Shown here: positions 53,545 through 64,000 of the stretch, one piece after another | Layout of the letters: every line of letters begins with the position of its first letter | How positions within the stretch are numbered: the first letter of the stretch is position 1 | Assembly (NCBI GenBank): GCA_035221665.1 | Contig: CM069161.1 | Coordinates: 2,108,001 to 2,172,000 of the forward strand | Direction of reading: 5' to 3' | Origin: Okamejei kenojei | Taxonomy: Eukaryota | Length of the DNA stretch: 64,000 bases | Translations under genes and position numbers: made by a program | The notes under the pieces: model-generated | Told to the model about the DNA's origin: nothing | Seen by the model: the letters and a program-made list of their open reading frames with translations, nothing else | Database searches by the model: none

Positions 53545-55134
53545 TATATTTTCAAACCACATTAAGGGCACTGACAGGTCAGTGAAACCACTCACAGTTT
53601 AGTAGAGATGTGTTCAGTGTTATTCACAGCTCAGACTGAGAGACGTGACCGTCTCGCTCCCCCATCTTGCAGAGACTGACTGAGGCACTCAACACTTCCG
53701 GGTTTTATAGTCCCTACGGAAGGGGTGTGGCCTTCAGGAGAGAGAATCTCAACATTTTTTAAACACTAATAACTGTTTTATTTTCCATCGATGGGAAAAA
53801 TCCTCTTGTCCTGCGCAGTGGAGGGGGACTCTGAGCAAGATGGCCAAAAATCACCGCCATAAGTGGCAGCGTTTTTTCTAAAATCAATATACAGAACAAC
53901 AGGAAGTGGTCAAGATCAGACTTTTACTAATATAGATAATAAAGCTTAGCGGGCATTTTACCTACTGGCAGGTTTTCCTTGGTCCCGAAAACTCCAATGA
54001 GCCAATCAAAATGCCCGGTCAGTTAAGGCGATTGCTTACGGCTGCCCTTGACTGCCTGTAATTAAATATCCACCCCACTCCGAGTGCACTACGAGTTAAA
54101 AAAAACCATGCCGACCAAATTTTATTCGCGGAAAATTTTTCAACATGCTGAAAAATGTTCTGTGACCTAGATGAGGCCACGGGTATTCGGGAACTTCCCT
54201 CGAGCATGAAGGAGAGTTCCAGCGACCTCATAGGACCTCCTATGACCATGTGTCGACCATGCTGCGAGTTTGAAGGTCGAAGACACTCTTCTAAACTCGC
54301 AGGTTAGGTCGCCCAAGTGGGACAGCCCCTTTAGGGTTCTGGCCTAAGGAACAGCTGTAGTAATGCCCTGGACTTGAATAATTGACATCCAATGGCCACA
54401 GTCGTCTTTTGTGAAAGAATAATTCACACTGCTGGAGTATTTTCCCATTGTTGCCAACTGGTCATAGCTTCCAGATGCACGCTTGATCAAATGTTACCTT
54501 GATAACATGGGCAGTAATTCTCTCCTCTCCTCAGGAATTCTGCTCTTTGGGCCATATTTGGGCCTGGAGACACATGCTCCTGGTGAAATAAGTGCCATTT
54601 GATAGCACTGTGTGTGATTATTTCCATCATTTTGTTCTTGATTGAGTCATCACTGCTGGGTATTAATCCAGGTATTTCTCACCCAAATGCACTAGGCCAG
54701 TACCTTCACCAAAGGATTTCCGGTGGTTCCAGACAGAGACTCATTACCACCTATTCAAAGGCAATTCAAGGACGCTTGCATTGACTAGATCTCAAAATAT
54801 GTTTTAAAAAATCACTGAAATTCAGCATGCAGATCAGAGTTGGACAGGACCTGAATAAATGTATCACGTTTGGGTTGGATACCAGAAAAAAATCCAAGTG
54901 CTGCCTTGTGATCAGGTCTGGCTGGGGTCTGCACAGACCACTAATGACAATGTAAAATTGAAAGCGACCCAGCTAATACTCATGGAACCACAAAAGAAAA
55001 TGGTGAAATGTAAGATGCGAACCAATACTGGTGATTTTCTGGTTAAAAGGTGGGAAGACTGGAGCAGTTGGATGACACAAAAATATTGAAATTCATGGAG
55101 GTATGGAATACCTTTGTCACAGCACGGCAATTCA

Positions 55135-55293
<159 letters not shown>

Positions 55294-55574
55294 TCAGTTC
55301 AGAAGGGCATGAGTATTTTGAAAAGAAAGTCAAGTCCAGCCCATCCATTTTATATTATTCAAATCAGATATGCTTCAGTGAGCTTCCAGAACCCACTTGT
55401 TTTGCCTGTTTCAAAGCACTGCTCTCTAACGGATTCCTAATTTTGGTGACTAGGCCACTGCTTTGCCGAACACTTGCCCTCTGTCCACCAGGACCAGTTG
55501 GACTTTTCGTTTGTTGGGCTCTTCAAGTTCCCTTCACATTCCCATGACATCCTGTCTGTCCTCAGCTTTCTCCT

Positions 55575-56200
55575 CTGTAAAAACAGCACCTTATATTCTG
55601 TTTGGATAGACTATAATCCTATGGCATGTACAATGAATTCTCCGGATTAAGGTAAACGCATGAGCCCACCCCCTCCTCTGAGCTACCCAGTTTTCCCTAT
55701 CCCCCAACTGCACAGAGCCCCACCTCTACCGTTTCCATCTGCTCAGCACCCACACCTCCATACTCCGAGTCCCCCAGTTTTCATCCCTCCATTCCCTATA
55801 CCATCCTTCCCGCTGGTTCTATTTTTCACCCACACTTTCTTTTCCTCTCAGATTCCACCCATTACATCCTGTTGTCTTCTCTACTTATCGCCTCCAGCCT
55901 TGGTTACTATCTCCACTCTTCTCTCCCCCACCCGACTTATCTGCTAAGTAATCCCTCTTCCTATTGCAACCAATCTACCACTTACTATTATTCCATCCCC
56001 TCACCACACTTCTTTCTACCAGCTAACTGCATTTTACTCCATCAGTCTTTGAAACTGTTGTGATCTGGAATGCTGCCTGTCCATTTCCTTTCACATATGC
56101 TGCCTGTCCATTTCCTTTCACATATGCTGCCTGACCCGCTGAGTTCCTCCCGCAGTCTATCTTTTGCTCCAGATTCCAGCATTGGCGGTCTCTTGTGTCT
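55575..56200 (+). mobile_element. Degenerate Penelope 3' fragment with an internal 27-bp tandem duplication (56071-56133)
   Basis: aacagcaccttatattctg GIY-YIG end, pyrimidine-rich spacer, tgctgcctgacccgctgagtt..ccagcat terminus. Confidence 0.65.
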
Positions 56201-57249
56201 CCTATTTTTGGAAAATGTTTTATCTGGCATCCTGCCTCTTGAAACTTGAAACCATTATTGAAGTAAAACAAAGTCTGACTGCATTAAGATTTCCAATTGC
56301 CTTCACATTCTGAGCCCAATTTACTTAACCTTCATTCCTGACACACCAAGCAAACTGCATTGTGTAAATAAATACCTTTCAAGAAAAAAAATCTTACTCA
56401 CAAGTGTAAGACCAGAACAATGCACATTATTCCACTGGCTAACAGCCTTTTTAAATCATTGAATTTATTAAATAGAAAGCATCACAAAAGTGATATTACA
56501 GAGCTAACCACAGAGCTATTTTATATTTCAGTTATCTTCAATATATTGCCCATAATTCTAAACATTTTTTTTCAAAATTATCAAGAAATTAAAGTGGTAC
56601 CCCTAGTTGAGAGAATTAGAGAGGACAGTATATTGGGCTTGTCTTCTTTAGAGAAGAGGTTACTCTTCTGTATATAGAGATAAAGAACACATTACCGATA
56701 ATGGGAAGAATAAGAATACAAAAAGAGCTACTTAAAAATGGGAAAGAAATGCTAATCAACCCCAGTTTTTCTATTATTATTACAACATTTAACCATAATT
56801 CCTAAAAGAGCTAGACTTATCACGAGGAAGTCAGATCTGCCTTATCTGTTTCATAGATCTGGCATGTTCTACAGTAGGGATGGACGTGCAGGAAGGAAAG
56901 AAGGAGAATGAGACTGGGTAGGTAGTAGAATCTTTTGCGAACAATGACTACAATTCTAAAAGCTTTATGGTAGACTACAGTAAGCTATGTAAAAAGATAC
57001 AGTTGGGCCTAAATTTAAGGTCTTAAATTGGGGGACGATTTACTTCAAAAGTATAAGACATGACTTGACAAGGGTAGAAAGGGAGCAACTGCGAGAAATT
57101 AAACTAACATCCAATAAATGGGAGGTGTTAAAAAAAACATAGTGAAATAGTGAATGTTGTGAGAGAGGGGTGTCTAAAACTAGAGGATACAGGTTTAAGA
57201 AGTAAAGATGGCAAGATTAGGCAACCAAAGGAAGTTGAGGGTTTGATCG

Positions 57250-57860
57250 GGAAAAAGGAAGCGGATGTCAGGTACAGGTAATCATAAGGGCATGAGAATT
57301 TTGAAAGATAAGGTCCATTGAATTCAACAAGTCCACCCTATCCAGTGATGTCTATGAGGTTTGTACGGAAAGTAGGAGAAATCTTAAGAAAGCTTTTAGT
57401 AGGACAAAAAGGAGACATGAAATTTCTCTTTTACAAATATATTTGAAGAGAATAGTGGTGAAAGATTGGATTTCATCAGCAACCAATAAGGTCTTTATGT
57501 GAAACCAGGGGACATGTTTGGTGCCCTGAATGAATATTTCATGTTAGTATTCACCAGGGAGAAGAATAAGGAGGGGAGTCTAAAATTGGAGGGCACAGGT
57601 TTAAAGTGAGAAGGTAATATTTCAGGGAATTCTGAGGGTTAAAATGTTCACTTTGGGTGATGGGTATATGGATCAAGGTGCTTGAGGTGGTGGTAGAGCC
57701 TGATGTAACTATAGCAATGAAAAAGCAGTTGGACAGGTACATGTACAGGAATGAATAGAGGTGCATTTGCCAAATGCAAAATGGGATTAGTAAAGGCAGG
57801 CAAACTCGGTTGGCAAGTAGAAGATAGGCCAAAGAACCTGTTTCCATGCTGTCCGACACT
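57250..57860 (+). mobile_element. Degenerate CR1 fragments
   Basis: gggcacaggtttaaagtgagaagg...aggccaaagaacctgtttccatgctgt 3' end. Confidence 0.65.
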
Positions 57861-58362
57861 TAAGTAAGCAATGTATATAGAAATATAATCATTTTACTCA
57901 GGAGGAATACCAAAGAAGTAAAGACCATGAAACCATATGAATTTTCCAATTTACAATTTAAATCAAATTAAATCAATTATGCAACAGAAAATCCAAGCAA
58001 AATTACTCTAGAATTCAAGATCATATGTTCAGCCAAGTACGTTGATGTATTTAAAGAGACATTAAATAAATGTAGAAGGAAAGAACATGAAGATATGCTG
58101 AAAGATGAATGAAGAGTCCAAGGAAGTTCATGTGGAGTCTAAACATCATCACATACTGAATTCCCAAGTAGTTTATTTCTCTTTCATACATTACGCAACT
58201 CAGTAATATGTAACTGTTTAATACAAAATTCTCCTAAGTTGTTCTATATTAACAAAGATCCTCAGCAGAGATGTGATCTCAGTTTCCATTTATTTCCCGA
58301 TGACACCTCAGGTAACGTCTGCAGATGGAACCAACAAATGTTACTTTTGAAATAGAAAATAA

Positions 58363-59054
58363 TTCATCTTTTGTACAAAAATTCAAAGGTTTTGGAGTGA
58401 AATCTTTGAAATTTTCACAAAAGTGTTTAAAATAAAAATGACACCAAAGCCAGAATGGATTATTTTCAGAATGACAGAAGGTAGTCCGGAATTAAATGTG
58501 CATCAAAATAATTTATTTGATTACGGCTTAATAATAGGAAAAAAACTAATCTTAAAATTCTGGAAAAATGCTCCTATACCAACATTAAATTTGTGGATTT
58601 CAACTATGTTTGAAACACTACATCTGGAAGATATGAGGCTCCGCCTGGAAGGAAAATCAGAATGCTTCTTTCAGACATGGTCTGCATTTATAGAATTGCT
58701 ACAAAGATAGGGTGCAGGAGTACCTCCGGCCTTGGTAGGAGGGGGATGAAAAACTATGGAGTTGGTGGATTCCTTTTGCGTGATATATATAACAGAGTAA
58801 CTGCCTTTTTTTTTCCTTTTCCTTTTTTTTAGGGTCTATCTCTTAACCCCCTTTCTCTATTTCTTTGACCAAGGGTTTCTTCTCCCTTTTGGCACGCTCT
58901 TTCACTATCACAACTCTTTTCACCTATTTCACTCTCTTTCTTTCTATTCTTTTTCTTTAAAAGCCATAAAATTATGGGGTACAATGATTGTAACAAGATA
59001 TATGTGAAGTACATTGATGTATTTACCTCTAATAAATAAAATATTAAAAAAAAA
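58363..59054 (+). mobile_element. 5'-truncated L1 (fish-type) with poly(A) tail and 14-bp TSD
   Basis: ORF2-like C-terminus KKLILKFWK...LE...FFQTWSAFI; aataaa plus A-tail; TSD gaaatagaaaataa at 58349-58362 and 59055-59068. Confidence 0.85.
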
Positions 59055-61605
59055 GAAATAGAAAATAAAAGTGTTTTATTAGTGATCACTGATGGTCTTA
59101 TGACAAATGGTTTCCTGCTGGAGTGGGGAAATATGCCTTGTATTTCGCTGCAGTTCCACATTTGGTCATTCTTTATCTTATCAAGTGTAATTAATTTTAA
59201 AACTTGCTAATTTCTGATATCTGCAAATTATTAATCCCCTTTTATATATGTCATTTTTTATATTTACGTATGCTTGAAAATAAACTCATACTGACAATAC
59301 TGGTGAATTCTACACTGTTTTTACACTGAGAATGTTGTGCGTGACTGAATAATTTTCTTTGGAACATTAGTTTGACGGCTGGATCAATGACATTCATTTG
59401 GGGGCAAGGTGGAGATGTCTCAGAAATGATTGTTAAGACAGCCTTTAGAAAATTCCATGTATACAATAAATTATTGGGTTTGTTTCTATGTTTGAAACTT
59501 AGTGATGTCAGCTCCTATCAAATCGAGAAAATTAAACTCAGGCTTCCAAAAATACCCTTACTGGTTATAAACACTTGACAAACATAATCAAAACAAAACA
59601 AGATTAATTACAAACACTCAAAATGCATGATTTTATGTTTTTTTACATGGAACATAAAGAAAGTCATAATTAAAAGAGTAATGCTCTTTTAATTCAAGAG
59701 CACTGGTAAGAACAGTTGCTTTTCATGGTGAGGTGAATGAAAGGAGTTGGAGACTGGGTACATAGGGTGACATAAGGCAGATGCAGATTATTAAACTTAA
59801 GAACCTAGTTAAAGTAATTCCAATTAAGCTTCCAAGTGAATGTGTCAGGGCACAGAAACAGGCACAAATCTTCTGCCTTGCACGAACACAGACTGTGGTA
59901 AAACTGCCGATTATACAGAAAAGGATTCCCTGTTATTGGTGTTGAAACCTCTGGAAAGAAGTGATCTCACACTCTAAATACAGTATGGTGGCCTGGAGCC
60001 AATGTTTAAACTTGAAGCATACAGTTTAAAAGGTTCTCAAATGGCAGGCTAACTGCTCTGAAGTTACTCATGCTTTGAAACAAATTTATTTTCGTATGTG
60101 AAAGTTTCCAATTCTATAAATCATTCTGGCAGTACGAGATGAGTGAATAGAACTCTGGACACAGTTTCAGTAAACATGCTTAAGCTCGCAATTTCCTTGT
60201 ATCCTTCGAAGAAATACTTGCAATACTGGGTTACTTCAACCAGTGTAAAAGAAGAGTCGTTAAAGCACGAGTCAAGTTATTGCCTTGCTTTGCTATACTG
60301 CAACTTAAGTTTTCCAGAAACAACAATCTGGTTTTCCAATGGATGTTAACTTTTTTTGCTACATCTGGTTATTTGCGGCTTTTTAGATTAACTCATTCAT
60401 TTCAAAATCTTTTATTTCTGTTTAAGACTACTTTCTACTGATTATAGTTTGAATAATAATAACCACCATTTTTTTTTTATTCACTGTATTATAATTGCAC
60501 AATAGAGTAACTAGGTAGAATGCTGATTTGCAAAATTCAAGGATAAAAATGGTTCAATTTTATTCAGACTTTCTATTGTTCCCGAGCCTTCAGTCTCTAG
60601 TAAAAAATCAACAGTGCAAAAAAAATGTTGCTTTTGAACCAGAACTCAATTCATACAATTGTCCAAACTTTCAATAATTTCCAATTTGGATTTGTTCTGA
60701 ACATACATCAAAAAAATTGTAGTCTGTCTAAAAGATATCTTGGAATCGTTTTTGGAACTTAAATCAACATGGTAGTCTGACTTCAATTGCTCACTGAAAT
60801 GGTATTAATATTTGTAACTTTGGTTATCAAAAACTACAGCAGGATCTTTATTGGTTGGGCTGAGGAATAATAAATGGAGTTTAATGTAGATAAATGCGAG
60901 GTGTTGCATTTTGGTAAGTCAACTAATTGTAAAGTAAAACACTGACATTACTATGATTGCAATCTGATTAAGCCAAGTAGCAAGGCATAAATAAAAATAA
61001 AATATATTTGATTTAATCAGACGGATCAATTTAGACAGGGAAGGACTGTTGGATACACAGAGCACAATATAGCCAGTGCTTTGAAAACTGTGTGAGCCAA
61101 ATTATACATTGGTGATATCTCCACGTTGGCAACTTTAGACTCATTTGATTAGTGGATGATGGGTTAATAATAATTACTAACCCTTCAAACTGAAGATTAA
61201 TATTAGCATTGATTTTCAGGATGTTTAGAAAAACTCCAAGTGTACAAGGGTAGCCCTTTACAGAGAACAGATTCAGGCCAAATTCCAACCCTGGCCAAAT
61301 CTTGACCCAGTCTCAGTTTCTCGTTGAACATCAATAGAGACCCTGCCCATTGCATCCAACAGCGCTGTTAGGGCAGGTTGTTGTGAATTCAGTTGCAGAG
61401 GTAAGTTTATTGTGTGAAGCAAGACACAAAGCACTGAAGCAACCCTTTGAAAGAATGTCCCTATTTATGTTCTCCAGAGATGCTGCCTGACCTGCTGAGT
61501 TGCTCCAGCAAATTAGCATCTGCAATTTCTTCTGTCTCCAGGTTTATCATAAGCTCCATCAACATACAAGCTATGATTTCCATCAATATTTTGGCTGTTA
61601 CATAC

Positions 61606-61699
61606 CTGTTTCTCCCCAAAGGGTATCAAAATTGTTAATCTGAGCTCGTTCCACTTCTTCTTCATCTTTTTCTGGCAGATCCAATAGATAAGAGACAGT
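61606..61699 (-). CDS. TANC2: TANC2 coding exon ([31 protein letters not shown])
   Basis: Not in the ORF track; translated by hand. catttcAG acceptor, GTATG donor; 94 nt, phase 0-1. Confidence 0.93.
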
Positions 61700-62854
61700 C
61701 TGAAATGGTTCAAAAGAATATTACGAGAATGAGATCAATTTGTTTCTGACTTTTGTGGGTCATATTTTGCATTATCTAATAAAGGGTTTGCAGATAATAG
61801 ATTACAGATAATAGATCCATTAAGGTGTTTTGGTTCACTAATGATTTGTGCCACAAAGCAGAAAAGCACCAAAATCTCAGCTTTGGGCAACTTAAGACTG
61901 TAACATTTCAGTACTTGGCAGAAGCATACCAAAATTCACCTGCTCAAATTGAGTTTCAAGAAATCCCATAGGATTTTTGGCTAAAATACATCAGGGAAAG
62001 ATACCTCAAATATATATTTCAAAAATCAAATCATTCCAAAATCCCATCTAGGGCAGTGATGGACAGAAGATACTTTTGTGTAGAACAAAATGAGATTGCA
62101 GTTTCAAACTTTCAACCTCTCCATAGAATCATTAATGAAAGAGACCTTTGGTAAAACTTACCAATTAGAACTATTTTAGAGTTCCTCCCCATTACTATTT
62201 TCCCCCTTGCTTCAAGAATTTTTCTTATTTATTTTTGAAAATTATTTACAAATGCTCTTCCATCGTTGGATGTTGTTGAAGTTGTACTCCTCAAGCAGAT
62301 TGTTGATTGCTTCAGATTCCAGCATCTGCAGTCTCGTGTTCCTAAAATGAAACCTTTTGGTTTTGTGCTAATATCTATTTCATTGGCGATATGTTCTCTC
62401 TTTCCCTCACATATAAATGTTTTTAATCTTCTGATATCATCTATCTTTGTTCAATAAATGCTTTGCCTACCAATTTGATTCAAGTCCACATGGATCAGAT
62501 CCTGTCTAAACATAATAAAGTAAGCCTTGCTGCAGTTAAATACTTTTATATTGATCATTTTTATGATAATTTTATGATATTTTTAAGCCCGCTTTTTTCA
62601 AGATCACACACAGAAGGATCAAATTCCAAATAATATTGTTGAACATTCATAACTCAACAAATTTTAAACGCTCTGCGAGGTCCATTGGAATGCTGATCTA
62701 TGGTGTTTTTCCCACTCTGTGGAAGAGAAGCAGGCACTTCTCTGTTGATTATATTGTTATACCCAGTACTTGGACAAAATACAATTAGATTCCTAGTTTC
62801 TATGGGATTATAAATCATAAAACAATTGCACTATTCATCATACACATTACGCAC

Positions 62855-63040
62855 CTCAGTATATCCCATGCTAGCTGCAGCTATAAGTGCCTGTTGAACT
62901 GCTTGGCTCTTTTTAATCACAGCTTGCTGTTGCCCTGCCAGTGTCCAATCGGCCTGGATCAGAAACTTAACAATTTCCAAGTGGCCACGCAGGGCTGCAT
63001 GAACTAAGGCGCACTGCCCATTCTTATCCAAGTGGTCCAC
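62855..63040 (-). CDS. TANC2: TANC2 coding exon ([20 protein letters not shown]...AASMGYTE)
   Basis: tttccaaAG acceptor, GTGCGT donor; 186 nt, phase 0-0; ankyrin motif. Confidence 0.95.
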
Positions 63041-63456
63041 CTTTGGAAAAGAGGAAAATATTAGCATGACCAGGAACGTCGGTTCACTTCCATTAAAGCA
63101 ATGCATTAGAAAGATTTAATTGAAGATTAGTATTTCCTGCAGAATAAAAGCTTCATTCGTTTCATCCCAAACATCTTCGACTCAATGTAGATTAAAATCA
63201 TTTACTGCAGTCCTAAATACTCTGACTCAGCAATCTGTCTAGAATTAGCATCAATCACTATAGTTCAAGGAACACAGTTTGATGGAAAAGAGAAAAAAAC
63301 AGTGCAGGAGGTTTTTACTTAAATCTTATTTAGAATCAATGAACATGATTTTTTAATTGACATGACAAAGTAGATCAACTGATTGAATTGATTCAGTAGA
63401 AAGAAAAAAAAATAGAAAATTATAGCAGTAATGGTCATCGTCAATATAAATTGTCA

Positions 63457-63732
<276 letters not shown>

Positions 63733-64000
63733 CTATTTATTGATAAGATTCTCAGCATTAGCGAGACGGTCAAAAAATAAATCAGGATCTCTACAATAAG
63801 TGCACAACGTATGCTGTGGTTTGGTCCTGTTGGGTTAAATAGTCAGCTGATCTTTTTCTCCACTACAACTGTATTCAAAATGCAGTTAAAAAAAGCGTTT
63901 TCACTGTACTCAGTACACGTGACAATAATAAATTGAATTAAACTAAACATGGTTTGCATTTGTCTCAATTATACTGTAAAAATGTATGTTCAATAGGTTC

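Larger units (their letters stand above)
51658..53936 (-). mobile_element. Non-autonomous Helitron
   Basis: Minus strand starts A|TCTATATTAG (53936) and ends with hairpin GGGACCC-AAC-GGGTCCC, 7 nt, CTAG|T (51658). No TSD; A/T target. Confidence 0.85.
51304..54331. mobile_element. Non-autonomous TIR DNA transposon with ~67-bp TIRs, flanked by TA
   Basis: Left TIR aaggggctgtcccacttgagcaacctaa...cttcgaccttcaagctcg (51304-51370); its reverse complement is at 54265-54331 with 7 mismatches. No transposase. Superfamily uncertain. Confidence 0.88.
50570..54700 (-). mobile_element. Old degenerate LINE hosting the TIR element (pieces 50570-51301 and 54334-~54700)
   Basis: Reverse 3' tail atcattcatt..caatgctggtaaggccatcatttatt; decayed LINE-like sequence continues on both sides of the TIR element. 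Confidence 0.5.

Overview
Vertebrate genomic DNA, most likely from a cartilaginous fish (skate/ray), inferred from HE1-type V-SINEs, SacSINE1/DeuSINE relics and abundant CR1 LINEs. The window holds the 3' half of TANC2 on the minus strand. I reconstructed 11 constitutive coding exons with GT-AG boundaries and consistent phases, from 63732 down to the stop at 13422 (3432 nt, 1143 aa). They encode ankyrin repeats, TPRs, and a Q/P/S-rich tail ending in the PDZ ligand ESNV. There is also a 30-nt cassette microexon (33064-33093) and a TE-free ~5 kb 3'UTR. Introns and the downstream flank carry CR1, L1, L2 and Rex/Babar-type LINE pieces, SINEs, Penelope-like (GIY-YIG) elements, a Helitron and a TIR element. 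Highlights: (1) a family of short Penelope-derived insertions with target-site duplications (TSDs), often palindromic, that carry a minimal hammerhead-ribozyme core (CTGAAGA-stem-GAAACGTC), including a near-perfect 91-bp hairpin with a 16-bp TSD just downstream of a TANC2 exon; (2) a four-level nested TE stack with every junction readable (LINE > TIR element > Helitron with two 5' ends > GC-rich non-autonomous retroelement); (3) an 11-kb TE-free intronic zone around the microexon with candidate regulated splice sites. All family names come from recalled consensus features; no database search was run.
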